Below are positions 46,596 to 57,600 of a DNA stretch of 64,000 bases, piece after piece. The stretch is taken from positions 2,112,001 to 2,176,000 of the forward strand of contig OZ244852.1 of the NCBI GenBank assembly GCA_965220965.1, in the 5' to 3' direction. The stretch comes from Candidatus Marinacidobacterium sp. GTDB taxonomy: Bacteria > Acidobacteriota > Vicinamibacteria > Marinacidobacterales > Marinacidobacteraceae. How positions within the stretch are numbered: the first letter of the stretch is position 1; the number at the start of each line of letters is the position of its first letter. Both the position numbers and the translations under genes were made by a program. The notes under the pieces are model-generated. The model did no database searches and was not told the DNA's origin. It worked only from the letters and a program-made list of their open reading frames with translations.

Positions 46596-47519
46596 ATGAC
46601 GGACGGGCCCCGGGTGATGACGATGCGGGAGGCGGTTGCGCGCTTCGTTCACGACGGGAACACCGTCGTTCTCGAGGGGTTCACCCACCTGATCCCGTTC
46701 GCGGCCGGGCACGAGATCATCCGGCAGCGGAAGCGGGATCTCACGCTCGTGCGCCTCACGCCCGACCTGCTGATGGACCAGATGGTCCACGCCGGGACCG
46801 CGGCGAAGCTGGTGTTCGGCTGGCTGGGGAACCCGGGGGTGGGCTCGCTCCACGCCGTCCGCCGCGCCGTCGAGAAGGGACTCCCCCGACCGCTCGAGAT
46901 CGAGGAGTACTCCCACTTCGGCCTCCTCTGCCGCTACAAGGCGGGCGCCTCCGGGCTTCCCTTCTTCCCGCTGCGGGGGTACCGGGGAACGGACTACCCC
47001 CGGGTGAACTCCTGGATCCGCGAGGTCACCTGCCCCTTCACCGGCGAGGTTCTGGACGCGGTTCCGGCGCTCCGCCCCGATGTGGCGGTGGTGAACGCCC
47101 AGCGCGCGGATCCGGAGGGGAACGCCCAGATCTGGGGTCTGGTGGGGGCGCAGCGGGAAGCGGCCTTCGCCGCCCGGCGGGTCATCGTGGTCGTCGAAGA
47201 AGTCGTTGACGAGGCCGTCGTCCGCTCGGATCCGAACCGGACGCAGATCCCGGGGACGATCGTGGACGCCATCGTGGAAGAACCGGGCGGCGCCCACCCC
47301 AGCTTCGCCCAGGGCTACTACGACCGGGACAACCTCGCCTACCTCGCCTGGGACCGGATCACCCGGGATCCGGCGGCGCTCGACCGCTACCTCGAGGAGT
47401 GGGTCTTCGGCCTGTCGGGCCGCGCGGACTACCTGGCCCGCCTCGAGCCGGGGACGATGGACCGGCTGCGTCCCGGGCCGCGGCTCGCGGCGCCGGTGAA
47501 CTACGGGGACTACCGGTGA
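46596..47519 (+). CDS. CoA-transferase subunit A (glutaconate/3-oxoadipate type)
   Basis: EGFTHLIPFAAGHEIIRQ, GNPGVGSLH, AQRAD.EGN, HPSFAQGYYDRDN. Confidence 0.9.
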   Translation: MTDGPRVMTMREAVARFVHDGNTVVLEGFTHLIPFAAGHEIIRQRKRDLTLVRLTPDLLMDQMVHAGTAAKLVFGWLGNPGVGSLHAVRRAVEKGLPRPLEIEEYSHFGLLCRYKAGASGLPFFPLRGYRGTDYPRVNSWIREVTCPFTGEVLDAVPALRPDVAVVNAQRADPEGNAQIWGLVGAQREAAFAARRVIVVVEEVVDEAVVRSDPNRTQIPGTIVDAIVEEPGGAHPSFAQGYYDRDNLAYLAWDRITRDPAALDRYLEEWVFGLSGRADYLARLEPGTMDRLRPGPRLAAPVNYGDYR

Positions 47520-48298
47520 CGCGCTCCGCCGCGCCCGCCAGCCGGGCCGAAGTCATGGTGTTCGCGGCCAGCCGGGAGGTCCGCGACGGCGACTGCGTGT
47601 TCGTGGGCGTCGGGCTCCCGAACCTCGCGGTCCAGTTGGCGCGGCGCGGCCACGCCCCCGGCGCCCGGCTGATCTACGAGTCCGGGGTGTTCGGCGCGCG
47701 GCCGGCCCGCCTCCCGATCTCGATCGGGGATCCATGCCTCGTGACCGGGGCAGCGCAGGTGCTCCCGATGGCCGAGATGTTCCTCTATTTCCTGCAGGGG
47801 GGCCGGACCGACCTCGGGTTCCTGGGAGCGGCGCAGGTGGACCGGTTCGGGAACCTGAACACGACCGTGGTCGGAAACGACTACGCGAATCCCCGGATCC
47901 GTCTTCCCGGCGCCGGGGGCGCGCCGGACATCGCCTGGAACGCTCGCCGCACGGTGGTGATCCTGCGGCAGGACCGGCGGAAGTTCGTTCCCCGCCTCGA
48001 CTTCCGGACGACCGTGGGCTGGGATGAAGGCGGGCGCTCGCGGGAGGCCCTCGGTGCGCCGGGCGGTGGTCCCACCCGCGTCATCACGGACCTCGGGGTC
48101 TACGGATTCGACGGAACGACGCGCGAGATGGTCCTCGAGTCGGTGCACCCCGGCGTGGACATCGCCGAGGTCCGGGCGGCGACCGGGTGGGACCTGCGCA
48201 CCGCCGCGGAAGTCGGAACGACGCCGGTTCCCGAAGTCGGGGAACTCGCGCTGCTTCGCGACGAGATCGACCCCGGAGGCATCTACCTGGGGCGGTAG
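47516..48298 (+). CDS. CoA-transferase subunit B
   Basis: FVGVGLP, LIYESG, GFLGAAQVDRFGNLNTT, RLPGAGGA. Confidence 0.9.
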   Translation: MTRSAAPASRAEVMVFAASREVRDGDCVFVGVGLPNLAVQLARRGHAPGARLIYESGVFGARPARLPISIGDPCLVTGAAQVLPMAEMFLYFLQGGRTDLGFLGAAQVDRFGNLNTTVVGNDYANPRIRLPGAGGAPDIAWNARRTVVILRQDRRKFVPRLDFRTTVGWDEGGRSREALGAPGGGPTRVITDLGVYGFDGTTREMVLESVHPGVDIAEVRAATGWDLRTAAEVGTTPVPEVGELALLRDEIDPGGIYLGR

Positions 48299-48340
48299 CC
48301 CCGGAATCAGCCGAGGCTCCGGGATGGCGCCGCCGTAGGC

Positions 48341-50968
48341 TCAGTGCTCCCAGCAGGCGGCGATGGCGACTCCCGCCACCAGCGGAACCTGGAGATCGGC
48401 GACCGACTCCATCTCGTTCCGCACCAGGTCGGCGACCGATTCCACCTCCTCGGCATCGGCTTCGACCAGGAGTTCGTCGTGGACCTGGAGGAGCAGCCGG
48501 CCTGAGGTGGCCTCGAGCGCCCGGTCCACCCGCAGCATCGCGATCTTGATGAGGTCGGCCGCCGTCCCCTGGATCGGGGCGTTCACCGCCATCCGCTCGG
48601 CGGCCTCGCGCCGCGCCCGCTGCGTCGTTCGGATCTCCGGCAGGTGGCGGGCGCGGCCGAACAGGGTCGTCACCCGACCCGTCTCCCGCGCTTCCCGCTT
48701 GATCTGCTCGACGAGATCGCGAACGCCGGCGTAGCGGTCGAAGTAGGCCTCGATGAAGGCGGCGGCTTCGCCGGTCGTGGTCCCGATCTCCTTCGCGAGG
48801 GTGAAGGCGGTCTTGCCGTAGATGACCGAGAAGTTGACGATCTTGGCGCGACGACGCGCTTCCGCGGGGTCGAGCCCGAAGTCGCCGAAGACCTCGCGGG
48901 CGGTCCGGGAATGGATGTCCTCGCCAGCTCGAAAGGCCTCGCAGAGCGCCGGGTCGCCGCTGAGGTGCGCGAGGATCCGCAGCTCGATCTGGGAGTAGTC
49001 GGCGGAGAGCAGCCGCTTTCCCGGCGCGGCGACGAAGGCGCGGCGGACCCGGCGCCCGAGTTCGCTGCGGACCGGGATGTTCTGGAGGTTCGGGTCCGTG
49101 CTCGAGAGCCGCCCGGTGGCGGCGACCGCCTGATGGAGGCGGGTGTGAAGCCTGCCGGTCATCTTCGAGACGAGCCGCGGCAGGGGGTCCACCCACGTGC
49201 TCTTCATCTTGGCCAGTTCCCGATACTCCAGCACCAGCCGGGGGACTTCGTGGCGGGTGGCGAGTTCCTCGAGGACGGCGGCGCGGGTCGAGAACTGCCG
49301 GAGCTTCTTCGTCTTCGCGGTCCGGGGAAGGTCCAGCCGCTCGAACAGGATCTCGCCGAGCTGCTTCGGGCTCTGGAGGTCGAACCGGACGCCGGCGAGC
49401 TCGAAGATCCGTTCGGAGAGCTCCTCGATGCGGGTCTCGAGATCCCGCCCCAGCTCCAGCAGCGCGTCGGCGGCGATGCAGATCCCCCGGGTTTCGATCC
49501 GGGCCAGCACCGGCGCGAGCGGCATCTCGATTTCGGCGAACACCCGACGGAGGCCCTCGCGGTCGAGGAGCGGGTCGAGGCTGGCCCGCAGACGGTGCTG
49601 CAGCGCCGCCCGGGCGCCGAGGCGGGAGTCGGGGGCCTTCTCCCCGAAGAGGGTTGCGGGCGGGGCGGCGTCTTCCGGCAACGCCAGGCCGGTGTAGTCC
49701 TGCAGGACCTCGGCGAACCCCTGGGCGCGGCGCGTCGTGTTCAGCAGCCACGCCGCCACCTGCGAATCGTGGAGAACGCGGGGGGCAGCACGTCCGCGCT
49801 CCACCAGCCACCGCAGGAACGGCTGCAGCCCGTGGCCGACCACGCCCACCCCGGCGGCGAAGGCCGACGAGAGCGCTTCGGCGAGGCCTTCGGGGGCGAT
49901 CCCGCCGCCCGCCTCGGCGAAGACTCCGGAGTCCGCATCGGCGGCCAGGCCCAGAGCGACGAGCGGCTCCGGCCCGCGGTCTTCGGAGGGGCCGAGGACC
50001 GCGTGAACCGCAAGGACGCCGCCCTCGCGGGCCGCCTCCAGAACGGATGAGACGTCAGCCAGCGCGGCGGCGACCGTCACCTTCGGCAGGGCGGCGGGGG
50101 CGGCGGAAGCGAAGTCGCGGGCGTGGGTCCGGAGCTCGAGTTCCTCGAACAGCTCCCGCGCCTCGGCCTCGCGGGGCCCCTGGTAGCGCAGCCCCTCCAT
50201 GCGCTCTCCCGCCTCGGGAACGGCCACATCGAGACGCAACCGGGCGAGGTCGCGGGAGAGGATTGCGGTTTCCTGGTGCTCACCGAGCAGCGCGGCGGTG
50301 CGTTGCCGGGGGATCTCGTCCCGGTGGGCGAGGATGTCCTCGACGCCGCCCCACGCCTCGATGAGGCCCACCGCCGTCTTCGGCCCGATCCCTGGAACCC
50401 CGGGGATGTTGTCGACCGAATCGCCGACGAGCCCGAGGTAGTCGGGGACGAACCTCGGAGGGACGCCCAGTTTGGCCTCGACTCCCGCCGGGTCGATCCG
50501 GCGATCGGGAGTTCCGGGGGGGACCACGCTCACCTGATCGTTCACGATCTGCAGCAGGTCCTTGTCCCCCGAGACCACGAGCACCCGATACCCTTCCGGC
50601 GCGGCGGCCGCCGCCAGGGATCCGATCACATCGTCCGCCTCGACGCCTTCCACTTCGACGACGGAAACCCCGAGCGCGCGCGAGACCTGGCGGGTGAACG
50701 GCATCTGGAGCGCCAGCTCGGGCGGCGTCTCGGGCCGGTGCGCCTTGTAGTCGGGGAACGACTCGTGGCGGAACGTCGGGCCGGGAGGATCGAAGGCGAC
50801 CGCCGCCAGCTCGGGCTCCTCCTCGCGGAGCAGCTTCCGCAGCGCCGCGACGAAACCATGGAGCGCGCCGTTCGGAAATCCATCGGAGCGGGTCAGGCGC
50901 GGAAGCGCGAAGAACGACCGGAAGAGCAGATTGTTGCCATCCACCAGCAACAGGGTCGGGCGGGCCAT
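48341..50968 (-). CDS. polA: DNA polymerase I
   Basis: LLVDG 5'-3' exonuclease start, EADD, GDSVDNIPGVPGIG, TGRLSS.DPNLQNIP, DYSQIELR, QVHDEL. Confidence 0.97.
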   Translation of the reverse strand: MARPTLLLVDGNNLLFRSFFALPRLTRSDGFPNGALHGFVAALRKLLREEEPELAAVAFDPPGPTFRHESFPDYKAHRPETPPELALQMPFTRQVSRALGVSVVEVEGVEADDVIGSLAAAAAPEGYRVLVVSGDKDLLQIVNDQVSVVPPGTPDRRIDPAGVEAKLGVPPRFVPDYLGLVGDSVDNIPGVPGIGPKTAVGLIEAWGGVEDILAHRDEIPRQRTAALLGEHQETAILSRDLARLRLDVAVPEAGERMEGLRYQGPREAEARELFEELELRTHARDFASAAPAALPKVTVAAALADVSSVLEAAREGGVLAVHAVLGPSEDRGPEPLVALGLAADADSGVFAEAGGGIAPEGLAEALSSAFAAGVGVVGHGLQPFLRWLVERGRAAPRVLHDSQVAAWLLNTTRRAQGFAEVLQDYTGLALPEDAAPPATLFGEKAPDSRLGARAALQHRLRASLDPLLDREGLRRVFAEIEMPLAPVLARIETRGICIAADALLELGRDLETRIEELSERIFELAGVRFDLQSPKQLGEILFERLDLPRTAKTKKLRQFSTRAAVLEELATRHEVPRLVLEYRELAKMKSTWVDPLPRLVSKMTGRLHTRLHQAVAATGRLSSTDPNLQNIPVRSELGRRVRRAFVAAPGKRLLSADYSQIELRILAHLSGDPALCEAFRAGEDIHSRTAREVFGDFGLDPAEARRRAKIVNFSVIYGKTAFTLAKEIGTTTGEAAAFIEAYFDRYAGVRDLVEQIKREARETGRVTTLFGRARHLPEIRTTQRARREAAERMAVNAPIQGTAADLIKIAMLRVDRALEATSGRLLLQVHDELLVEADAEEVESVADLVRNEMESVADLQVPLVAGVAIAACWEH

Positions 50969-51001
50969 CCGGGCGCTCGCGGCGGATTCTACTTTCGGGA
51001 T

Positions 51002-51688
51002 TGCGCCGTTTTCTGTCGTATCTGGAGGACCGGAATCGGGCTTCTGGCGGGCCTCGCGGCCGGATGCGCGGGCCCGGCGTGGCAGGAGACCCACCGCGTC
51101 CGGCTCGATGGTTCCGGGGTGTCGGTGATCCAGGTCGCGCCGGAACTGCTGCCCGGGGAGCCCGGCGGCGACCCCGCGGAGCGCATCCGGCGCCTGCTCG
51201 CTGGCGCCGGGCTGGAGGTGGAGCGCGCCCGGATCCTGCGCGACGGTCGCGCCGAGGGCCGGGTCGCCTTCGCATCGCTGGAGGCGCTCTGTCGCGCCGA
51301 ACTCCTCGACCGCCGCTGCTCCCACCAGCCGCGGCCGGAAGGCGGCTTCGAGATCGGCCTTACGGTGACGCCCCCGGCCGGCGGGTCCGGCGAGGCGCGC
51401 ATTCAGTTGCGGCCGGAGGCGCGGATCACGGGGCACAACAGCGATGGTCCGATCCGGCGCGGTAACCGGCTGCGCTGGACGTTCCCGCTCGATGCGGGAA
51501 CCGCAGGATCGCGAGAGCTTCGGGTGACGACCGACGACGTCAGCGTGCTGGGCTCCACCGTCCGCACCGTTCTCCGGGCCGCCGCGATCTCGGGGGGGAT
51601 CGCTATGAGCGGGCTGACGCTGCTCTTCCTGGTCGGGCGGCGCCGGCTGCGCCGCGCCGCCCGTTCCGGGGCCGCGCCGGACCCATAG
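51002..51688 (+). CDS. Hypothetical lipoprotein with C-terminal TM (start unclear)
   Basis: Lipobox LAAGC; C-terminal hydrophobic helix followed by RRRLRR. Confidence 0.55.
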   Translation, partial: CAVFCRIWRTGIGLLAGLAAGCAGPAWQETHRVRLDGSGVSVIQVAPELLPGEPGGDPAERIRRLLAGAGLEVERARILRDGRAEGRVAFASLEALCRAELLDRRCSHQPRPEGGFEIGLTVTPPAGGSGEARIQLRPEARITGHNSDGPIRRGNRLRWTFPLDAGTAGSRELRVTTDDVSVLGSTVRTVLRAAAISGGIAMSGLTLLFLVGRRRLRRAARSGAAPDP

Positions 51689-51699
51689 CCCCGCAGGAA

Positions 51700-52845
51700 T
51701 CACCGCGCGGCCTTCAGGAAGTCCCCGGGGTACCGCCGCACCAGGCCGCTCCGCTCGAGCTCGGAGAGGGCGGCCAGCGCATCCGGGATGGGCAGGCCGC
51801 ACATCGCGATCGCCGAATCCATGTCGAGGCCGGAGGGCGAGGCGCGAAGGGTCCGCAGGACGACGGCGGCGTCGCCCTCCGGGGCCTCCCCGCCCGCCGC
51901 CGCTTCCGGACCGGGCTTCGGCCGCTGGCCGGGCGCCGGCGGGAGTCGCGGCTCGCGCCGCTCGAACCCGAGCTGCTCCAGCACTTCGTCAACGGAGGTC
52001 ACGAGAGCGGCGCCGGAGCGGATCAGGGAATGACATCCCTCGCTGGTCTCCGACCCCACCGGACCGGGGACGGCGCACACCTCGCGGCCGTTGTCCACCG
52101 CGTGGCGCGCGGTGGAGAGCGAGCCGCTCCGCCGGGCGGCCTCGACCACCACGACGCCGAGGGTGAGCCCGGCGATGATCCGGTTGCGCCGCGGAAAGTG
52201 ATGGGGGAGCGGGCGGGTCTGCGGCGGGAACTCGGAGACCACCGCGCCCGAACCCGCGCAGGCGCTGGCGAGCGCGCGGTGTTCCGGGGGATAGATGCGG
52301 GCCAGACCGGCGCCGAGGACGGCGACAGTCGTTCCGGCGGCGTCGAGCGCCGCGCGATGCGCCACGCCGTCCACGCCGCGGGCGAGCCCGCTGACGACGG
52401 TGAGGCCGGCGGCGGCGAGGCCGCGCGCCAGCGCGTCCGCGATCTCGAGGCCGTAGGGCGTCCCGCGCCGCGCCCCGACGAGCGCCACCGACGGACGGTC
52501 CAGGTCCGCGGCCCCGGCCACCTCGAGCGCCACCGGGGGCGCCGCGCTCTCGGCGAGGAGCGCCGGATACCCGGGCGCGCCGAGGAGCAGGAGCCGATGC
52601 TCCCGGTCGGCGGCGCGCCGGATCCAGGCGGATGCGGCGTCGAGGAGGCCGCGGTCGGGCTCTCCGAAGCGGCGGCGGAACGCCTCGACGGCGCCCTGGG
52701 CGCCGTGCTCCAGAAAAAGCGCGGCCCGGTCGCGGGGGCTGAGGACCGGGCTCAGGGCGATCGCGACCGCGAGGCGCCGCGCCGCGGCGGAGGGCGCGGT
52801 TCCCGGGCTCGGGGACGACGGGGGGGATTCGGGGTCGGGCGCCAT
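51700..52845 (-). CDS. dprA: DNA-processing protein DprA
   Basis: VALVGAR, VVSGLARGVD, FPRRNRIIAGL, VVVEA..SGSL, C-terminal winged helix. Confidence 0.93.
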   Translation of the reverse strand: MAPDPESPPSSPSPGTAPSAAARRLAVAIALSPVLSPRDRAALFLEHGAQGAVEAFRRRFGEPDRGLLDAASAWIRRAADREHRLLLLGAPGYPALLAESAAPPVALEVAGAADLDRPSVALVGARRGTPYGLEIADALARGLAAAGLTVVSGLARGVDGVAHRAALDAAGTTVAVLGAGLARIYPPEHRALASACAGSGAVVSEFPPQTRPLPHHFPRRNRIIAGLTLGVVVVEAARRSGSLSTARHAVDNGREVCAVPGPVGSETSEGCHSLIRSGAALVTSVDEVLEQLGFERREPRLPPAPGQRPKPGPEAAAGGEAPEGDAAVVLRTLRASPSGLDMDSAIAMCGLPIPDALAALSELERSGLVRRYPGDFLKAAR

Positions 52846-52973
52846 GGGCTTCGCCTCCATGCGGACGCTGGCGGCCACAAGAGAGGCCACTCCCATGGAT
52901 GACGCATTTCTGGCGAATTCCTGCCATCCGGGACGGCTTCCGCGTCAGGCGGCATCCCCGAACGGGCTGCGAG

Positions 52974-53171
52974 CAGTTCGTTGATGAAGTCCCGTGCAGC
53001 GCCGAGGCCCCCACCGGGAGAACTGGCGGTGAGGCGCCCGGCCGACAAGGCGCGTAAGCGACGAATATCGGGAATATTCGGAGCGAAACGCAACGATGGG
53101 CGCCCCGAAGGGGCGTGGTTCGGCCGGGATGCATCGCCGCTCGAACGCCGCGGGACTTCGTCAACGGGCTG
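52974..53171 (-). mobile_element. MITE-like element, copy 4 (198 bp, one module, inverted)
   Basis: Reverse complement of copies 1-3; flanks CGAG / CTAG. Confidence 0.85.
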
Positions 53172-53224
53172 CTAGTATCAAAAGCCGCTCGCCGTCGGTT
53201 GACTGGCTACGCCGGGAGGACGAA

Positions 53225-53677
53225 ATGGCCCGTTCATTGCAGATTCCGAACCCCATCGACGATCCCATGCGTTCCCACGAGCGACCCGCCCGCCTCCGCC
53301 GCGCCCTGGCCGGCATGGTTCTGGTTGCGGCCGTGGCCGTCGCCGCCCCGCTCGCCGCCGATGAGGAGCGCGCCGGCCAGGAGAACGAGTTCGGAGTCGA
53401 TGTGGCCCGGCGGGGGCTGTGGAAGGAAGCCGCCTACCGCTGGCGGAGGGCGGTGGAGCTCGACCCGAGGAATGCGCGGGCGCACAACAACCTGGCGGTG
53501 GGGCTGGAGCGCTCGGGGCAATTCGAGGAGGCGCTCGAGGTCTACGAGACCGCCCTCTCGCTGGAGCCGACGAACGAACAGATCCGCCAGAACTACGAGC
53601 TGTTCCGCGAGGCCTACGAACGGAAGCAGCGCAAGGATCGGGACGCCGCCCGGTCCCGGTCGGTCCGTGGGCGCTGA
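53225..53677 (+). CDS. Small secreted TPR protein
   Basis: GGAGG RBS; GLWKEAAYRW, AHNNLAV, IRQNYELF. Confidence 0.85.
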   Translation: MARSLQIPNPIDDPMRSHERPARLRRALAGMVLVAAVAVAAPLAADEERAGQENEFGVDVARRGLWKEAAYRWRRAVELDPRNARAHNNLAVGLERSGQFEEALEVYETALSLEPTNEQIRQNYELFREAYERKQRKDRDAARSRSVRGR

Positions 53678-53684
53678 GGAACCG

Positions 53685-54491
53685 ATGCGCGCGCTGACGG
53701 CCACCCCCCTGCGGAACCTGGCGATCCTCCTGGTCGGGACGGTGGGCGCGGGCTGCGCCTCGAGCCCCTACGTCGAAGTTCCCATCGAGATCCCGATCGA
53801 CGCCAAGCTGGACCTCTCCGATTACGGGCGCGTGCTGGTTGGCAGCTTCGTGACCCAGAACAACGAGAACCTCGACCTCGACGCCGAGACGTCGCGCCTG
53901 CTGCGGAACCAGTTGCGGCTCAACTCGCGACTCGCCGTCATCGAGGCCGAGGTCGAGCCTCTCGGCGATTTCTCCGACGCCGCGCTCGAGTCGAGCGGGC
54001 TGGCGGAACAGTTCGACGAGATGGCGGCCGAAGCGGTCGCCGTCGGCGACGGGGAGATCTCGCGTCAGGAGTGGATCGATCTGGAGCAGGACAAGCTGCT
54101 CGAGGACGAGGAGTACTGGCGGCGCCTGGGAGAGGAGTTCGAGGAGCCCCTCATCGTGAGCGGACGGCTGCGGTTCGCGGCCGAGGAGCGCTCCGGCTTC
54201 TCGCGGCGCGACCGGTACGTCCGGAGCGAGTTCGGCGGACGCCGCCTGGTGCGGAGCACGCAGTTCCAGGAACGCAACGCCTACACCCTGACGGCGGAGT
54301 TCTATTTCATCGACGGCCGCGACGGCCGCGCCATCCACCGGGAGCGGTTCACCGAGGAGGTCATCTTCGGACGCGACGAGGAGAGTTCCGCGCTCTCCTC
54401 CTACTTCGAACTGATGGACCGCATCCTGCCGAACTTCCTGAGCATCGTCACCCCCCAGACTTTCCGGGGCACGAGGGTCCTGCTGCGCTGA
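53685..54491 (+). CDS. Hypothetical lipoprotein
   Basis: Lipobox GAGC; 7 bp after the TPR gene. Confidence 0.75.
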   Translation: MRALTATPLRNLAILLVGTVGAGCASSPYVEVPIEIPIDAKLDLSDYGRVLVGSFVTQNNENLDLDAETSRLLRNQLRLNSRLAVIEAEVEPLGDFSDAALESSGLAEQFDEMAAEAVAVGDGEISRQEWIDLEQDKLLEDEEYWRRLGEEFEEPLIVSGRLRFAAEERSGFSRRDRYVRSEFGGRRLVRSTQFQERNAYTLTAEFYFIDGRDGRAIHRERFTEEVIFGRDEESSALSSYFELMDRILPNFLSIVTPQTFRGTRVLLR

Positions 54492-54603
54492 CCTTCATGC
54501 TCCGCCGGACGGCGACATCCCGGCCCGGCCTGGCCAACGCCGGGCCGATGACAGGGTCGGCCGCCGGCTCACCGACGGGAGCGCGCTCCCGAGGAGCAGA
54601 CTC

Positions 54604-57600
54604 GTGACCACACCGTCTTCGCGATTCCGACGCCGGGCGCTTGCCGCCGTCGCTCTGGTCCTCGCCGGGGTCTTCGCCGCGGCGCCGGCCGCCGCGCAGT
54701 ACTTCATCCCGTTCTACGGGAAGAACAAGGTCAAGTACGACAAGCACGACTGGCAGGTCTACCGGTCTCCCCACTTCGATGTCTACTACTACCCCGAGAT
54801 GGAAGAGGAGCTCGGACGGCTCGTCAGTTACGCCGAGAGCGCCTACGAGACGATCTCGGACCGGCTGAAGCACGAGATTCCGTTCGCGATCCCGCTCATC
54901 CTCTACAAGACGTTCTCGGAGTTCGCGCAGACGAACCTGTCGCCATCCGAGATCCCCGAGGGGGTCGGGGCCTTCGCGGAGTCCACGCGGGACCGGATGG
55001 TCATTCCGATCGACAACCCTCCGGACGAGCTCCAGGAACTGTTCCTCCACGAGCTCACGCACATCTTCGAATTCGACATCGTTCCGCGGTCGCTGTTCCG
55101 GCAGACGGTGCCGCTGTGGATCGATGAAGGGCTCGCGACCTACATGGAGGACGAGTGGGACCCGCTCGACCTCATGACGATCCGGGACGCGACGATCGCC
55201 GATCAGATCCCGACTTTCCAGGAGCTGAACCAGGCGTTCTCCCGCTCGCCCTATTCGTTCGGCGCGTCGATCTTCTACTTCATGGAGGAGCGGTTCGGCG
55301 AAGAGGGCGTGCGGCAGTTCGTGTTCTCGCTCCGTCGCGCCGTCACCGGCGGCGTCGGCGAGGAGGTCTACGAACAGGCCTTCCGCATGACGCCCGAGGA
55401 CTTTTACCGCGAGTACAAGCGCTGGATGAAGGACCGGTTCAAGCCCTATCGGGACAAGGAAATCCCGGAGGACTACAGCGTCGATCTCTCACCGCGCGAG
55501 GGCCGCTACGTGGGCGCCATCTCGGCCGCGCACTCGCCGTCGGGCGAGGTCATCGCGGTGCTTTCGGGGAACCGGCGCGAGACGGAGTACGACGTGGTGC
55601 TGCTCTCGGCGCACGACGGCGAGGTCATCCGCAACCTGACCCCGGGTTACGCCGGGGAGTTCATCAACGTCGTCGGGCTGACCGGCGAGGATCAGCTCAT
55701 CGGCCGGAATCTGAGCTGGACGCCGGACGGCTCGCGGGTCGCCTTCTTCGGCAAGTACCAGAAGCGGCGCGCGCTGCTCCTCGCCGATGTCGTGGAATCG
55801 CAGATCGTGCGGCGCATCGAGATGCCGCTGGATCGCGCCACGTTCCCCCATGTCGGTCCGGACGGGGACTGGGTCTACTTCTCGGCGCTGAACAACACCG
55901 TCAGCGACATCTACCGGGTCAACCTCACGACCGAGGTCATCGAGAACCTCACGCGCGACGACTTCCACGACAAGTTCCCCACCGTGAGTCCGGATGGGGA
56001 GTGGCTCTACTACAGCCGCCGGATCAGCGGCTACGACAAGCTCTACCGGCTCCGGATCGCCACCGGCGAGAAGGAGCAGATCACCTTCGGCACGTTCAAC
56101 GACATCAGCCCGATCTTCGCTCCCAACGGACGCGATCTGGTCTATTCGTCGGACGAGGACGACGGGATCTTCAACATCCGGACGCTGGACACCGAGACCG
56201 GAGACATCCTCCAGTACACCGATGTGCTCGGCGGCAACTTCTCGCCGAGCGTGGTCGAGGATCCCCGCAGCGGCGAACAGCGCCTCCTGTTCACCAGCTA
56301 CTACAAGGGGAACTGGGGCCTCCACACGCTGGGGATGGACGAACCCGTTAGGGAGATCTTCGCCGACGAGATCCTCCGGACGTCGGGGCCGGTCATCGAC
56401 TTCGTTCCGACCGTGGATCACCAGGTGATCAGCGAGAACAAGCGCGAGAAGGGACGATTCGAGAAGCTGTTCCTCGATGGGCCTCCGCCGATCCAGGCGG
56501 GCTTCACGAGCGACCGTGACTTCTTCGGCGGAACGGCCATTTCGCTCTCCGACGTGCTCGGCGACGACCGCATTTCGTTCACCGCCTATTCGGTGCGCTC
56601 CTACCGGATCTACAACGCCCAGTACGCGAATCTCGCCGGCCGCTTCCAGTACGCCCTCGAAGCGCACGACCAGACCTCCTTCTTCTATCCGGCCCTTCCC
56701 TACTACATCCAGAGCTACTGGTCGCGGTCTGACAGCATCGGGACGATCCGGTCCACCGGGGCCTCGGCCAGGTCGCTCTACCCGCTGAGCCGGTTCCGCC
56801 GCATCGAGCTGGGAGCGGGCTACGACTACCAGAGCACCGGCTTCGAGAACCCCTACCTTCAGCCAGGGCAGGACCCGCTGTTTCCGACGGACTACGTCGA
56901 CCAGTACGCGAACTTCTACGGTCAGATCTTCCCCACCGGACACCTGCTTCCGGTGAGCGCGGCGTTCGTGCAGGACACGATCCGGTTCCGTCAGCTCGGG
57001 CCCGCCGTCTTCCCCCAGTCGGGGAGCACGATCTACGCCGGGCTCGAGTGGTCCCCGTCAGGCCCGTTCCTTTCGCGGACGACGTTCAACCTCGACGCCC
57101 GGAAGTACTTCCAGTTGACGTCATCCAGCGTCCTCGCCGCCCGGCTCAAGTGGTTCCACAGCGTCGGCGACGCGCCCGGGTTCTTCTGGTTCGGAGGGAA
57201 CGGCGAACTCCGGGGCTACCCGCTCTATTCGTTCGTGGGCAACCGCGGCGGGCACGCCACGGTGGAGTTCCGCTTTCCCATCATCGATGCGGCGATCACC
57301 CCGCTGGGCCTGATCGGGCCGCTCCGGGGCAGCGTGTTCGTGGACGCCGGCGGCGCCGCCTACGCCGACGAACCTCTCAGCATCTATTCCTCGGAGCGCC
57401 GCGTGTCGCGCCTCGGGCAGCTCTGCGGACCACGGCAGAACTCGCTGTGCATTTCCGAAGGCGCCGGGCTCGCCGACTTCGTGGCCTCCTACGGCTTCAA
57501 CGCGCGGATCTACTTCCTCGGCCTGCCGCTCAACTTCGCCTGGTCGAAGCGCACCGATTTCGCGACCACGCTCGACGGCTGGAAGTTCGACTTCTGGATG

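Noticed and set aside
50969-51802. 278-aa N-terminal extension of PolA (similar extensions on GWxTD, CRTAC1 and receptor ORFs)
   Set aside because: Conserved domains or signal peptides start at downstream codons; the PolA, GWxTD and CRTAC1 extensions overlap other genes
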